Below are positions 13,327-26,729 of a stretch of DNA of 64,000 bases, piece by piece. The notes under the pieces are model-generated. The model saw only the letters and a program-made list of their open reading frames with translations, searched no databases and had not been told where the DNA came from. Within the stretch, counting starts at the first letter, position 1. Every line of letters starts with the position of its first letter. Made by a program: the position numbers and the translations under genes. Source of the DNA: Raillietiella orientalis (taxonomy: Eukaryota); assembly GCA_036172245.1 (NCBI GenBank), contig JAYWIR010000027.1, positions 558,001-622,000 of the forward strand, given 5' to 3'.

Positions 13327-13775
13327 TTGGTCGCCTGGATTTTTAAGGGCATTTATTATTAAAATTTTCATGAAAAACTTTGGACATTGATATCGATATC
13401 GTGGTGGAACATGTGGCTCTACCACGCGCAGAGGAATTGCCATAAGGGATGAAGGTCCGCTCCAGCGGCGAAGGGGAAGGGAAAACAAAACGAAAATAAA
13501 CAGAAAAGAATTGAAAAGAGGATGAAAGCGTTTTCTCGGGAAGGGGAAGGCAGGGAAGGGATCACTGATCTCCTGGAGTCGTCCTCTGCATCCTGTTCAG
13601 GATGCTGACAAGTGCTGCTTTGATAGTGCTCGGATGGGCCATCTTGATGCGGTCTCCAAAAAGATCGTCGTCCAGTGGAAGGCGTCCGTCATTTAGCCTT
13701 CTTGTTTTAGCGTTCCCTGAGGAAGAGTAGCATTCGTGCAAGGGGGGTAAACGAAGCCCACAGCAGTTTGCGTAG
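13327..13775 (-). mobile_element. Tx1/L1-like LINE 3' end (copy C, internally deleted)
   Basis: Nucleotide similarity to copy A, for example 13742 GGGGGTAAACGAAGCCCACAG versus 11308 GGGGGTGAATGAAGCCCACAG, plus the GGAAGGGATCAC end-of-ORF block and TTTATTATTAAAATTTT. Confidence 0.6.
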
Positions 13776-14350
13776 GCCCTATGAATCCAGGAAGGACTCG
13801 GATTCCGTTCCTCTCACGTCTATGGAGGGATGCCGGAAATGGAGATCACCTCCACCTTGGTTGTCTCCGAAGGGAAATCCAGAAGGGAATCTCCTTCCTT
13901 ATTCTCTCCGGAGGGCCTCCGGGGGAGTCCGCTCCATTCTTTCTTCTCTGAAGGGATTTGATCCTAGAATTCCTTCTCCGGAGGGATCCCCCGCAAGGGA
14001 TCCACTCCTGTTTTGACTCTTCTGAAGAGAACCTAGAAGGGACACTTCCGAAATTCAGAAGGATGCAGCTTCCTCGAAGGGATAGGCTCGCGTCTCTACA
14101 CTCTCTGGAGAGGTGGTGGCTACACACCTACTCGATCAGTCCGACGCAGAGTGGTATCCCCCGGAATGGGGGGTCTTCTCCTTCACAGCCGGAGGGGAGA
14201 TTCCTGGAAGGACGTCAAGGTCGACTTCCATTTGTCCCGGCCCTCATGGGGAGCATCCGGTTTCAACCGCTACAGTGCCGCACCCGGATGAATGTAGGCC
14301 AGCCAGCGTCATCTTGTGAGGTGAACTCGGGACCCACGACGCATGGTGCC
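13775..14350 (-). mobile_element. SINE-like family copy 1
   Basis: The reverse complement aligns over ~550 bp with 26800-27375. Confidence 0.7.
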
Positions 14351-14399
14351 ACATGAGGAGACCACCGTAACCACACAGCCTCCGAGGGCAAAATGTACG

Positions 14400-17330
14400 T
14401 GGAATCGCGGCATGCTGGAACGCCAAAAGCAAGAAGGCTAAGTAAGTGCACTCGAACTCTCTTTGAGGGTCAACCACCATATCCTCATTTACAAGGAAGC
14501 AATGTTCGATAGATGAACCTTTCTTCTGATGAAATCTCTAAAAGTGATGCAGACAGAACTTGAAGCCGCTCACCAAGCATGCAGTGATCTATTCAAGCTT
14601 CAAAGTGAAGAGCTGTCGAAAGGTGGGTTCTTACAAAGGAAAAGAGCTTGAGCCATTGCTCTCCGCCACCTGCCTACCTTCAGCACGGCAAACGTCCTAA
14701 AGACGGAGATATTTCCGGAAATCAGGAATGCTAGAGTGAAGCATTACCGTTTAGTCTGCAAATCTGAAATCGGCTCCGCAGTTTGTTCAATTCATTTACG
14801 AAGATGGATGTGTTGATTCCTGGAGGGACTTTGCCCCATTTCCGGCAGTTCTGCAAGAAACCTCTTGGCTTGACTTATCGGAGCCAGGTTTCTCTTCTTC
14901 AAGAATTCTAACGTGCAGACTTGCAGGCAATCATCGATCCAAAATCATCGTAAACAGATGGAATGGAATTCTGCCTAGTTTTCTCTTGCCTAAGCAACTG
15001 TATCGTAGATACCATGCAACTTATGTAATGAAAGCTGCTCATTCTCATTAAACATAAACCATTTTTTGGGGTCTCGTGTGGGAGGCAGTCCGGCAGATAT
15101 TTTGCAGTCCCCAAGTAAATATCATCAAACAACCGAGCATAGCTTGGAGGAATATTTTGCTTGCCTTTAGAAGAAGAAAAAAATGAAGAGTCCTCTGTAC
15201 CTCGCGGGGTTGCTTTACTTTTAGACAATTCTGTGTGGGTGATGCTTTCATAGGTTTGTGCTTTAACGCTTTGCCCAACAGGGAACTGACGCCGAAGTAA
15301 TTGACGCTACACGGTTGATATAGGTCACACGCCAATCTTCCGATCTTTATGCAGCATCAAAATGAAGTGTGTCCACCCATTGCCTAAGCGAAATCAGGTG
15401 TGCCACCAGGAAGAGGGAGGCAGTGGCCACCAAACACCAAAAATTCGTCTCATAGTCAAAAGAGATGGGAAAAAGCATGAAACTTGCAGAACTATGTGTC
15501 CCTTCTTCTTTCTAATTTTTCCTCTCCAAGCGAAGAACAAGGGAGACCTAAGAGACCGATTGTGACTATTTCTGAGATCTGATCTCTTGTCACCGGATTC
15601 TTTGCGTGCTGGAACCAGGGATTCCTCTCGCTGGATTCCCGTAGCTTTCAGAGTGAATTCCTCAAATTCTGCAGGGTGGAAGAAACTTCTGGTGGGGCCG
15701 CTTCCTAGAAGGCTGCTGCCATGTGTGCGTTCCATGACAGCAGCCCACGGAAGCTGCCTTGGAACAAATGGATTTTGCCGTTTTCGAAACACGTGGACTG
15801 CGAATCCGAGAGAAAACATGATGAAAACCACACATCAACATGCCGCCATAGCTTATGGCCGATCGCATATGGAGAAAGAGCGAAATAAAAAACAAAAAAG
15901 GTAAACACATACATTCCCATTACATGTCATTTTTCTAAGTAGGCCATGTCATTTTTCATTTCATTTTTTTCCAAACGCTTTTGATACCGCGGAGCAAGCT
16001 TTTTGCAACAAATGCACACTGCACTAGCAATATGTTCACATGTGATGTAGGATAGAATATCCAACAGCAAAAAAAATATCAAAGGTAATTGGGAGAAGAT
16101 AGCTGGTTCTGTATAATATGTTTATAGCAAGGCAAGTATTCATATTGCTTTGCATGGCCATAACTGACAAGTTATTTCTGCAGACTTCTCTCTCTCTCTC
16201 TCTCGCTCCCTCTCGGCGTCTCTCTGGTTCCTTGACAGTGCGTGCAATTTCCTGGATTCCATGAAAGTACTTTTGTGATTGGTCTGGGCAGTAATTTCGC
16301 TCCGTGAGCTTCCGTGCTGCTTTAGGGACGAAATTCTGTGCAGATTCCCTCTCTGAGAGTTCCAGGTGGTGCTCAGTATCACTTGGATAGAGGCGTGAAT
16401 ACGGCTCCACTAACGTAACAAATCTCTTCGCCAGTCAAGCAAGCATCTCTCTTATGAAGATGACACAGAATCTGTCAATGCCTTACACTGATGTGTAGTA
16501 CACTGTCAAAAAAAGAACTATGTAAACGAAAAGAACTATGTAAAACTATGTAAATAAGTGCAACGAAAAGTATGCAGGACACGTGTACCAAAATAAGGTA
16601 ACAGAATGAAGACGCCCCATTTCGTGAGTCAGGATGGCTCCCTGTGTGCAATCCCTCGAGAAGAGAAAGCACACGAACTTCTTGAGTCACTTGGTGACGA
16701 AGGGCTCCATCAACCTGCATCTGAGATGTATCGACTATTCCACGGAGGGCAGGGCAATGACGTGACCAAGTTATGGCATCGAATTTTCAAAGAGCTATAC
16801 GAGGGAAGTTCCTTCTTGTTCCTGCTGAAGCGTCGTGGGAGAAGTACTCGAACTGGACCAGCTTGAAGATCCCCACGGTTGGGTGCTTCAGTTGACTTGG
16901 CGTGCCGGTGCACGCCTCCCGCGCCGCAGGAGTGTGGCCAGACTGCCGTCAAAAGGCTGAGATGGCTCCTGGTCCATTCCTCGATGACAAGGTTCTCTTT
17001 CCGGAATAGATCACCATCTAGAGAACCTTTTCTCTTCCTTCCTCCTTCTCCTATCTTTGCATTGCCCACTCATTTATTCGACCAAGACCCGGGCTCACTG
17101 CCTGGAGCTTTCCTGTTGAGTTGCCTTTTCAAGGACTCGGAGCTCCGTATCAAGATGCCGGATTTCTCATCCTGACAACGAAGGACATCGAGCTACGATT
17201 TTTGAGAAAAATGCTGTACCCCCCTCCCTCCGCCCTTCTCCCGATGTATGCCTACACGCTACATCCTGCGGTGCTGCTTCTGTTGAGGAGTTTTGCATTC
17301 ATGGTTGCTACGTTGCTGACACTGGGCGGA
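14400..17330. mobile_element. Mixed degenerate LINE shards
   Basis: Scattered motif remnants: IYLG (- strand, ~15110), VCHQEEGGSG (+, ~15400), LLESLGDEG..MYRLFHG (+, ~16680), FQGLGAP (+, ~17130). No coherent ORF. Confidence 0.3.
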
Positions 17331-17899
17331 CGCGGAGGTCCGCTTCCCATCGCAGCAACTGGCCTCCCTGCTGGAACATCGTCGCTAGACCTCCGCCCCA
17401 CGAACTGGGATGCGCGACGGCAAGGAGGCAGAGGATACCGTGAGGCAACCTTGGCATCCAGAAAAGCTGCGTCCCCTGAGAAATCTCCTGAGCTCTCCTC
17501 TGGACGTAGACGGAGTGGTTCTTTCAGAACCATTGCACGAGTTTGTTCCCAGCGAAAGCGTGCCAAGTTCCCGGAGACATCCCTGCAGTCCGGGAGGCAC
17601 GCGAACGCGAGTCCAGGAGATAGGGGGTGCTCGTCCGCCGGGAGTGGAAATTCGACAGCCGATGGACGTCCGTCTTCGGCGAAAAAAAGAATCAAAGAAG
17701 AAAAATAAAACTCAGAACGTGTCCGTTCGCGTGAATTCCACGACAGAGCCTGTGGCACCCGTTTGCCGTTTGCCGTTTCTGTCAGCGACTTTTCTGCGAA
17801 CCTTTTTCTAAAAGTCGCCGCAGACTGCTTTCGGCGCAGGCTTCGAGATAAACGAGCTGATGTCAGAGTTTCTTTTTGTTTGGAGCCTCCGAAAGTCAG

Positions 17900-18566
17900 C
17901 AATCACAGTCAGAGAGGGGACTCACGCCATTCAGCGCTCGAACTGGACCCTCTTGAGGCATAACTTCCCACTTCTTCTCCGAAGAGAACACGAAAAGGGT
18001 CCGCTCCTGGAATTTCTTCCCCTGTGGGATTCTCAAGGGAATCCTTGGAAGAGGATCCCGAAGGGACGCTTCCCGATTTCTCTGAAGGGTGCTTCCCGAA
18101 GGGAGCAGGGCTCTCCAGACGTTTGAAAGAGGTCTCAACCAGCTCCATGGTACTCGATGGTACCTTATGGTACGACTCCATTTGCACAACCGGAGGGGAA
18201 TCCCGAAGGCAACCGACTTCTTGATTGCTGGAAGGCCATCTTCCAATTCCGGCTAGTCAACGGTAGAAGACGGTTTCCGGCTTCCGCCGATGCCGTATCA
18301 GAGTAAGCCAAATAACGTCATCTTGCGGGGGAACTCATAACCCATTGGGATTCGAACTCGTGACGCGCGGTGTCGCGCGCACGGATACCTCAGCTCTCTC
18401 CAGAGTTCGATCTCTATTCCATCCCCTCTGCGGGATTCCCTCCCAATCTTAAGATGAACGGACTCCCTCCTCCGGAGCTTTCCTGAATTCATGGGATGAC
18501 CCCTATAACTTGAAGAGTTACGCTTGCCCTCTGCTGGCTCGGAACAGTGTGAAGGAGCTTTGTGAA
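17900..18566. mobile_element. SINE-like family copy 2 with 5' inversion
   Basis: 17900-18400 is the reverse complement of the family 5' part, including the B-box GAGTTCGAATCCC. 18400-18566 is the family 3' part on the + strand. Confidence 0.7.
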
Positions 18567-20075
18567 CCCTCCGCAAGGAGCCGAGCGGTTCTTTGAGCAC
18601 TCTGCGAACCGAAACCGAAAAAATAAAAAAAATGGAAGGAAAGCCGCGAAAGCGGAAGAACCCAAAAGGATTGCCATCATTCTTCTTAAAAATAAAAAAA
18701 TGGCGACGATATCTGGCCAACGCAACTCTGCCACCGCGCATTTTTCTGGGGTGGTGAGGGATACGGCCAGAACGGAGGGGGGCGACGTGGGGGTGGGAGA
18801 TCTCGTCCGGCCGGACTGCATGACCCATTGCGACATCAGCTTGCGTGTGGGTTCCTTGCAGCGGTTGCGCGCGAGTGACTGAGAGCTGCCCTGTTGGGAT
18901 GCTTCGCCGTTGTTGTCCGTGGGCCGTTAGCGGGTGCCAATGTGGGCATCCTGATGTAGAGCCGACGAGAGCCGAGGTCGCAAGCCTTGCATTGACCGAC
19001 TGCTTGCTTGTCCTGCCTGCCTAAGGAGTCTTTCGAGCGCGTTGAGCTGGTTCCGTGCACGGCGCCTGGATGTTTTTCCGTGGCGGGAAGAAACGAGATG
19101 GCTCGTGCAGGCTCTTCCCTGAGCGGAGGACTGGGCGCTGCTGCGTCTGAGCAGCCCCTCTCCTTCCTCTCTCCCCCAATAGGCACGGTGGACTCCAGTC
19201 AGGTGCGTCAGAGCAGGCAGCCCGCTGACCAGGGCAGTAGGTCCAACCATCCAGAGGGAAACTGCGGGAGGCTGTTATCTCGAATCTGCCATTTTATGGT
19301 CGGAATTGTCTTTTCTTCAGTGATTTGGGCTAGTGGAAGACTCGATGTTTCCGGGATTTATTATGCTCCGATGTGAATCCGTTCCCAGTTGATTCCAGGA
19401 TTCATGCTGTGCTCGCTCCTTTCGCGGAGGTGCGCGCGTTCAAACTCTTGCAGCAGTCTGCATGCGCTTTTCCCATTCCAACGACTGCCTGGTGCTTTCG
19501 CTCTCGATTCTGGAACTGGAAAAATGACCGGAAGAATGGAACTTTTTTTTTTTTCGAATTTTGGACGCATCCTGAATGTCGGATTTCTTGTGGTTCGGTC
19601 TCTTATGTGTCGCTCGTCGTCGTCACAAAGTTTTTCGTGCTTTCAAGTGACCGCATCAGTTGACCTCATTTTTCGTGGAAGTCCTCTACTACCTAGCATC
19701 CAGGAGGGATCCACAAGAGGACATACGTGTGAGGTAAGTCATCACGATTCGTGAACGAGTGTAGGTGCTCCTTACAGAAATAATAATAATTATGATTTAC
19801 GGTTCGATGCCAGTTTTCCTCCTTTTTTTTTCCCATCCTCGAACGAAGGAATGATGCATCCTATTAAAAGAGCTTTCATGCATGCAGTTGGACTCGAAAT
19901 TTTGCTTCGCTAGGATGGTCGCAGTGTTTCCGAATGATGCTAACCGCAAAGTCCACGTCTTTCACGACCTCTGCATCTCTCGCTACCATTCACTACTGTT
20001 CTCTTGACACAGCCCGCAATCACTCATTGCTTTAAAAAGAGCGCAACGAAATGAAAGTTTCCTCGCAGAAAAGTT

Positions 20076-21552
20076 TTGATTGCGCTGTTCTTCCTTCCCT
20101 TATTTATTTCCTTATTTATTGTGCCCCCTCTTCTTCTCATCTTTTTCCCTGCCCTCGTGTGCAGCCGGCCTGCCAGTCGGTGCTTCGTTCCTCCTCTTCG
20201 TGGACCCGAAGACACTCGTAGGGTTCATGCCCTACTCTGCCGACCTATAGGACGTTCACGCTTATTGCTAAGATAAAGAAGGAACACTTGTGTGACATTT
20301 GTTTTGCAGATAACTGAAACAGCGCCTAAAAGCAGTTTTTTGACATTCACGAAAACTCTCAATATTTTGACAAAATGGCCTATCGAAGACAGCAGGAGCC
20401 TTATCCGTGCCACCATGGTGACTAGGCACTTTCTAGGGCACCAAGGATTCTATGAAGGCGTCCTCCTAATATCCAGGATTCTGCTTCGATTAGCTTCGTA
20501 AGTAAAAGTGTCTGGAGACCGAGAAGACCGAGAAGAGCTGTAGTAGATCTACGTAACAGGAGCTCCTGGAATTTCAGTGGATCTCCCCTCCTTTCCTCCT
20601 CCCTCCTGCCCCATTGGGCCCCTGTGTTGCTGCTTCTGTTGCTGCAGTGATCCTAATTTACTCTACGTCCCGCTAGATTGGAGAAGGTTTTGCCCTTGTT
20701 GCTGATAAGCATCCCGGTGTTACTGGGACTACAAACTCCGACTCTGCGCTCGTCAAGCAGAAAGAGGGAAGTTCCGCCCGTACTGATTTTGCAGTCCACG
20801 TCACAGGCAGAAATCCCAGTCGTCGGTCACATCACGCCAGGAACTTTGGAGGTGGCAGCCGATTCCCGAAACGCGTTCGTCTGAGCGAACCAAGAACTCT
20901 TCACTGGAGCTCCTGGAACCCTTGAACTCCTACAAGCTCCTTTCCTCCTCCTGAGCTCGCTCCGGCGCAACGCTCTGCTGGAGATCGTTTTCGGCGCTCG
21001 GCGCCTGCGTAGCGTGCCGGCGTGGAGGCAGAGCAGTCCTCGTACTGTACAAGAGGCGAGGCTGCCGTCCTCTTTTTTTTTTTTTTCCCTGCACTCCAAC
21101 CGTGACAGCAAACGCAGACGTCCTGTTGCTCACGTCCATCCTGGCGGCGTTGTTCGAGGAATTCTTCGAGTTGCTTCTCCGGGAAACTGACACGAGTGTT
21201 GAAAGGAATGAAGCCGAAGCGTCGTGGGCGTGGTTAATCCACATAGGGATTCTCGCTGTGCTGCGAGGTCGGTCCAGCTACCTCCAGAAGGAAGAGGTGC
21301 TTCCAGACCTCCATCCAAGATGGAAAATTCTTCTTTCCGGAAGGGACCTCTGCATGTGACTTTTTCGGTGCTCTCCTCCTCCGGCTCTCCCTCTTCTTCG
21401 CCCCTCTCCCTCCATGCGAGGCGAGGAGCAGAACCGGCTTCGTTCCTCCTCTTCGTGGTCTCGAAGATACTAGGGGGGTTACGCTCTACTTTTCCGCCTA
21501 TTTTTCTGCCTCTCTGGAGGGAACAGAAGCCCCGGTATCACCGGGTGACAAA
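20076..21552 (+). mobile_element. Two LINE 3'-end remnants
   Basis: A 35-bp direct repeat (20182-20216 and 21437-21471, 3 mismatches) lies in 3'-UTR-like context. Terminal hairpin CCCGGTATCACCGGGTGACAAA ends at 21552. Confidence 0.45.
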
Positions 21553-21554
21553 GG

Positions 21555-23200
21555 TGGTCGCGAGCGTTGTCAAAGGGAGCCACCTGGCTGCAAAACCCAC
21601 TCCTTCTGCTTCGGCTTCAATGCAGAGATATCCGCGTCTTCTAGGAGATTCGCAGTGGGCAGCAGCATTCTAAGGGTCAGCAAGTTGGCTGCATCCCGAA
21701 CGTTTCCTGCAGCGCTATGCGTGAGCACACCAGCTTGCCCGAACCCGCGCCCTCTTCGTCCTTCTTGGACCGCATCCTGCCGATACGGTTCCTGGAGGAC
21801 AAGCATTGCTTGAGGCACCCCAGCGCATCATCGGCATCTTCAAGTCCCGCTACTTAAGGAGGAACACGGAGCTGCGCGTAAGCACCGTGGATCTCTCTTC
21901 ACATCTTCCTCGGGAATTCAGAGAGATCTTCCCAGAGGATCTGTCACGTGTCATCAAGCCAGCGAGTTCTCTCGTTTCCGAGATTCCGCGGTTGACCTCT
22001 CTCACCTTGCTGGTTGACCACTATCAGCATCCTCAGGTGGGGAGGAAAGCTCTTTTCGTGAGGTTCTCCAGAACTGGAGCTAAGGTACTGATGAGATTCC
22101 TGTGTGTGCCACTGATTATGGACTGGAACAGTGGGAAACACGACCACTCTGCGGGAATGTTACGCAGAGGTTTCCGGGAAGGAAACCGAGCGCATGCTCT
22201 GTGGGATGCGAAGCGTGCAATGAGACCCCGTGAAATGAGCCGACCAACAAGCCTCCATCTTGTAGGACATAAAGATCATATGTGAAACTGCAAGGGTCGA
22301 AAGACCTCTGGCAACAGGAAACCTGGCCCAGCAGCCACCGGGGCAAAACGAAAGAAAAGTTGGGATTCCAAGCGTCGTGGCGACCCACGCTGCGAAAGTT
22401 ACTTGACGCCTATTGTGCTCTGGCTCTGGCCATCCCGATTCCAATAAATTATTCTTGCACACATTCTAATGCTGAATGAGTTTTTTTTTATGGATCTTCG
22501 TTCACACGAGTAGGGGGCAAAACGATTTTTTAAGACAGTTCTTAGATTAATAAAAGGCGCGAGCACAGGGAACATCATTTGGCGCGTTGGATGAAGCAAA
22601 TTGGACTCCAGTGGCGACCAGCCAGAGAGCTCCAGGAACGTACTCCCCCTTGCGGCCAGACAGACCACGAACTGAAGAAAGAAAATCGAACAGCGCTGGA
22701 CGTCTGCTGCCCGTTCGACGTTGGGAGGCGTTCGGCACAGCTAGGAAGAACGAGCTGGAGAAATATAAGCAAGAAACTCTCCAGCTAAGCGAAGGGGAAG
22801 CAAAGCAGGTACGTGCTCTCATCATTGATTCCCGGGGATGATCTAGGAAGGGTCTGGAACCCAGATAACGAGGAAACGCTGCATGATCTTGGGGTTCCTA
22901 AAAAGTACTCGGAGAGGAAGAGGCACCGGATGGTGGTCTCGTGCATCCGTTACCCCAGGTACGCAGTCCACACCACGGGAGGAACAGCACGGGAGACCGA
23001 AACTCAGATGCAGCCGGAAAATCCCAGCGGTCATCTTTCGCGAGAAGGAGGAAAAGGGAATGAAGGGCAACGAGCGCTCCAGACGGGAAGATGAGGAATT
23101 TCAGAAGAATATGAAGAGCTCCTTCCTCCCCCCGCTCTCCCCTCCCCCCTCGCCGGTATAGCAATATTAAACTGTGAATCTAAGCAATAAAACAGATGGA
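21555..23200 (+). mobile_element. Second RLE-type (NeSL/Utopia-like) retrotransposon, 3' fragment
   Basis: Across frameshifts: PLRPD, TALDVCCPF, ARKNELEKYK and LGRVWNPDNEETLHDLGVPKKY...VSCIRY. The motif order matches the RLE domain at 9340-9760. Confidence 0.65.
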
Positions 23201-23311
23201 TAACTGGTAGCATAACTAAGACATGCTGATACACCCTCAGGATCCCCATCCAATCAGCTAAGCGGACTGGCTCTGACGGCGCTGCTGGTGGTCTACCAGC
23301 CTAGGGCTGGG

Positions 23312-26300
23312 TTCTCACTCGGATACACCGGGGCGTTTATCTTAATAAAAAGAAACATTCGCACAAGATTGCGGTTGGATCGGTGATCCAGCCACGCGCG
23401 TTTTAACGGGAGCCTGCCGGGTTACCGGTTCTCAGACCGGTGAGGTCCACCACGGCAACAGAGGGGAGGGGACAAGCACAAAAAAAAAATAAAAGAGAGA
23501 AACAAAAAAATAAAAATAAATAAAATTTGGAGGGGTTTGGGAAGAAATCACTGCCTGCTGGCGGCGGTCCTCCTCTGTAGGATGCCGGCAAGCTCTCGCC
23601 ACATGCTGTTCTTCAGGAGGGATCATCTCGTTGTCATCCTCATGAACTGGACGGCAAAGTTAGTGGCGCCCCGGTCCCTGTGCCTCTCTTGTGTCTCTCC
23701 AAGCAGCGATGATCCCGCCTAGCCAGCATAGGGCTGCTAGCAAGGCTGCCGACCGAACTGCATCGAGAATGAAGGGAAGTTTCAGAGCGTATCTGGAGTT
23801 GACCACAGGGGTTCTCACGGTCGCGGCAAAGCATTCTCAGGGGAAGGGGGGCAGAGGGCAACACAGCTCACTAGCAGGTGCGGGAGGGATTCAAGCTCTT
23901 GGCACCTGCCACAGTTGGGGTCCACACACACCCGCGGACGACCCAAGGCTGAGAATAAGATGCGTGCCGTCCACGCATCTTATTCTAAACTGATATGTTC
24001 TTTCTATGCCTTCGTTCGTGTGAGAGTTATCCACCAGTGTGGGAACATAATCAAAACGGGCATTTGGGCAATCCACGTATTTTGAAGGCACGGTCACGAC
24101 ATATCTGCAGTCTTCGGTGGAAAGTCTTCAGGACGAGTCCGAGGGATTTCTGGGGAAGAGCTTGCAGAAGTAATCTCAGTTCGATTGAGTGATAAACCGA
24201 GAGAAAATCTCCTATTCGCGTTCCTGGCAGCTTGCGATGAGTCTGGCGGAAAATCTGCACCAAGGGTGGCGAATGCAATCCGATTCAGTGTGCTCATCAG
24301 GTGGCTCTGGAGTCGTGATCCACGAGAAGACAGGGGAAAAAAAAAAAAAAAAAACGAAGCATTGAAAGAAGAACTAGTCTTTGAATGCTTTCCAAGGGGC
24401 ACAAACGAAGGTGGGAATTCGAGATCGCAGTCGAGCAAGAGCGCTTGGACCGTCGGACTGGATGCGTCGGTGAGCCAAGCTTCCCAGTGTTGTTAATGCA
24501 CAGTGGCAGCACGCGCATGCGTACCGTGCATACCTTTCTTGCGTCGAGGTTATTTAGCCCCATCCTCATATTTCCAAACATTGCATTCAGAGAGAGAAGT
24601 AACCTGTAATCGTAGATGGTCGAATTCCACGTCATCTCGGACAGGGACGAGCATGTTCGAGCGGTATTTACAGTGACAGTTACCATCGGTTTTCTGAACT
24701 CTTAACTGCACCTTTCTTTTGTTTCTGTCTGACAGTTTGCTAAACAGACGTGACAAGAACCTGTCTACTGGTGCTGATCCCATGCAAAAGCAGCTTCCAT
24801 TCAATCTGATTCCACGTAGACTTGCAGCGAATGGAAGCCACCTAGACTGACTGCCATCTTTCGCTGCGCCTCAGACTCCAGCAAATGGCGGGCTGTAACG
24901 ATTGCACGGATGCAACATGTCGCCATCACGGTGACTCTCGTGGCTCCACCTCTTGCGAAGAATCGCCGCAGCAAGTCTGTCGCAGTGTCCCCGGTAGGCA
25001 GGAGTGCCGAGTTTAGCCTCCTCTAAAGTCCCTAGAAGGGGCTCCAGTCCAACAAGAGGTGCGGGAACGATTTAATCTCCCTGCACTTCAAATAGTTCAA
25101 ACAACACCCCTGGAAATCCTGTTCCTACACTGGTTGCACTAGAAACCCCAATGCAGAAACAGCCGGATGTCCTGCGTCCATTTCAGAGAGAACACAAAAG
25201 TGTTTATACACAGGAGAGGGACAATAAGTTCGTCGGAGGCCACTGAGGAGCTCGCTTTATGGAACCAGTCCCTTCGCCCTATGACGTGGAATGGGTGCAG
25301 GACAACTCCCAACTCGTTGGTAGGGGTAGCTGGGATCGGGAGGGATTTATTTACCGCAGTGGGAGTACCCTGCCTAGTCGGCTCTCCCCTCAGTCGCCTG
25401 GAGGCAGGAGGCTGGGTCGCGTCAACCTTTCGCCCGGGGAGAGCTTCACCGCCTCCGCTTTTCTCCTTCTCTCTGGTCGCATCGAGACCTTGCAAGCTCC
25501 AGAAGACCGGGGGACAGTTTCGAATGCTCGCCGGTAGGCAACTGTTGTCACTTGTCCTTAGGGCAGACAGCGCTGCATAAAAAGGTGTAGCTGCCAGATG
25601 GACATTCCACTTCGTGTCCTGTAGGGCATCTTCCACCGGAGGTTGTGGAAAAACCACAGGTGACCAAGTATCTCTGTGCTTACTCCCACTGTAGAATCCT
25701 AAAAGACAAGCACCTTCTGCCTCTACGCATTTGATTTTATTGGGCTGCAAGGATGGCTTCCAGCAGACTCCACGTCGAAGTGAAGACTCCCTCCATGTCG
25801 ATGTCAAGGAGGAAGCACATCTTTCACTGGTGGACAAAATCCATTGGGATGAAAAGCAAAGAAGCAAACGAGTGCAGCAGGGTGGTGGCGGCTTGCAAGA
25901 CTTTCCATCGCTGGTGGTCTGAGTCCAGATGGCAGGTGCGTGCACCAGTCGAGCGGGAAAGAACGCTCGAGAGGAATTCAAGTGTTCTGTTCTTACTACG
26001 GGTCCGCTCATAATGCTCAGGAGAACATATTCAGAGACTCGCAGGTGCAATTTCCGCCCTTGCCTACCAAGAGTTTATGTGGCGGAGAGACTGGGCGAAA
26101 GCAGAGAGGAACCCATGACGCAAGAAAGGTGACAGGGCTTCGAATTCAGTTTAAAGTTTGGTACTTCTGAAAGGAGCGCAAAGGAAGGCTTTTCCGAAAT
26201 TTGAACCGTTCCCTCAACTTTTCTGGTCCTCTCTATGTTTGACAAAGGTCGGGCACACGATGCATGGTCAAGGATGCAAACCAAGTGAGATTGACTTTGC

Positions 26301-26700
26301 TTTGGATGGGTCGTAGCCTTCATTCGAACCCACATCCTTGAGTTCGGCACTGGGAGCTTTGTATTGTCTCTGGTCTGCCTGTTTGAGTTTCGGCATCGTG
26401 CCAGAGGAGTGGTGGCCTTCTCGAGAGCACACTATGTAGCTCTGAGCCTGGGATTTTGTAGGGTGTCCTAGTTGATTAGCCTAGTGGGTTTCCCGGCTGT
26501 ATTGGATGTTCGACGACACCACTATCTGCTCCATTTGCGGGAAATTGCAAGGTATTAGAGTAGGCACGCGAATCTCCTGGACGTTGGAGAGGGGGAGGGG
26601 GACACGCATGAGAGCAAAATGGACGATTGCTAGTGGAGCGCCGCAGATGGTCGTCGGCTACCGATGCAATTGGTGCAGCCGCAAGGAGGCAGGGAGTTGT
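23312..26700 (-). mobile_element. Nested Tx1/L1-like LINE fragments (copy H 3' end plus a copy-B-like piece at ~24830-25140)
   Basis: PNCGRCQELESLPHLLVSC at ~23860-23920. The 3' UTR hairpins and terminus end at 23312. The reverse complement of 24840-25090 aligns with 11640-11890. Confidence 0.55.
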
Positions 26701-26729
26701 CACCCATAATCTCCAGTGCAGGGAAGAGT

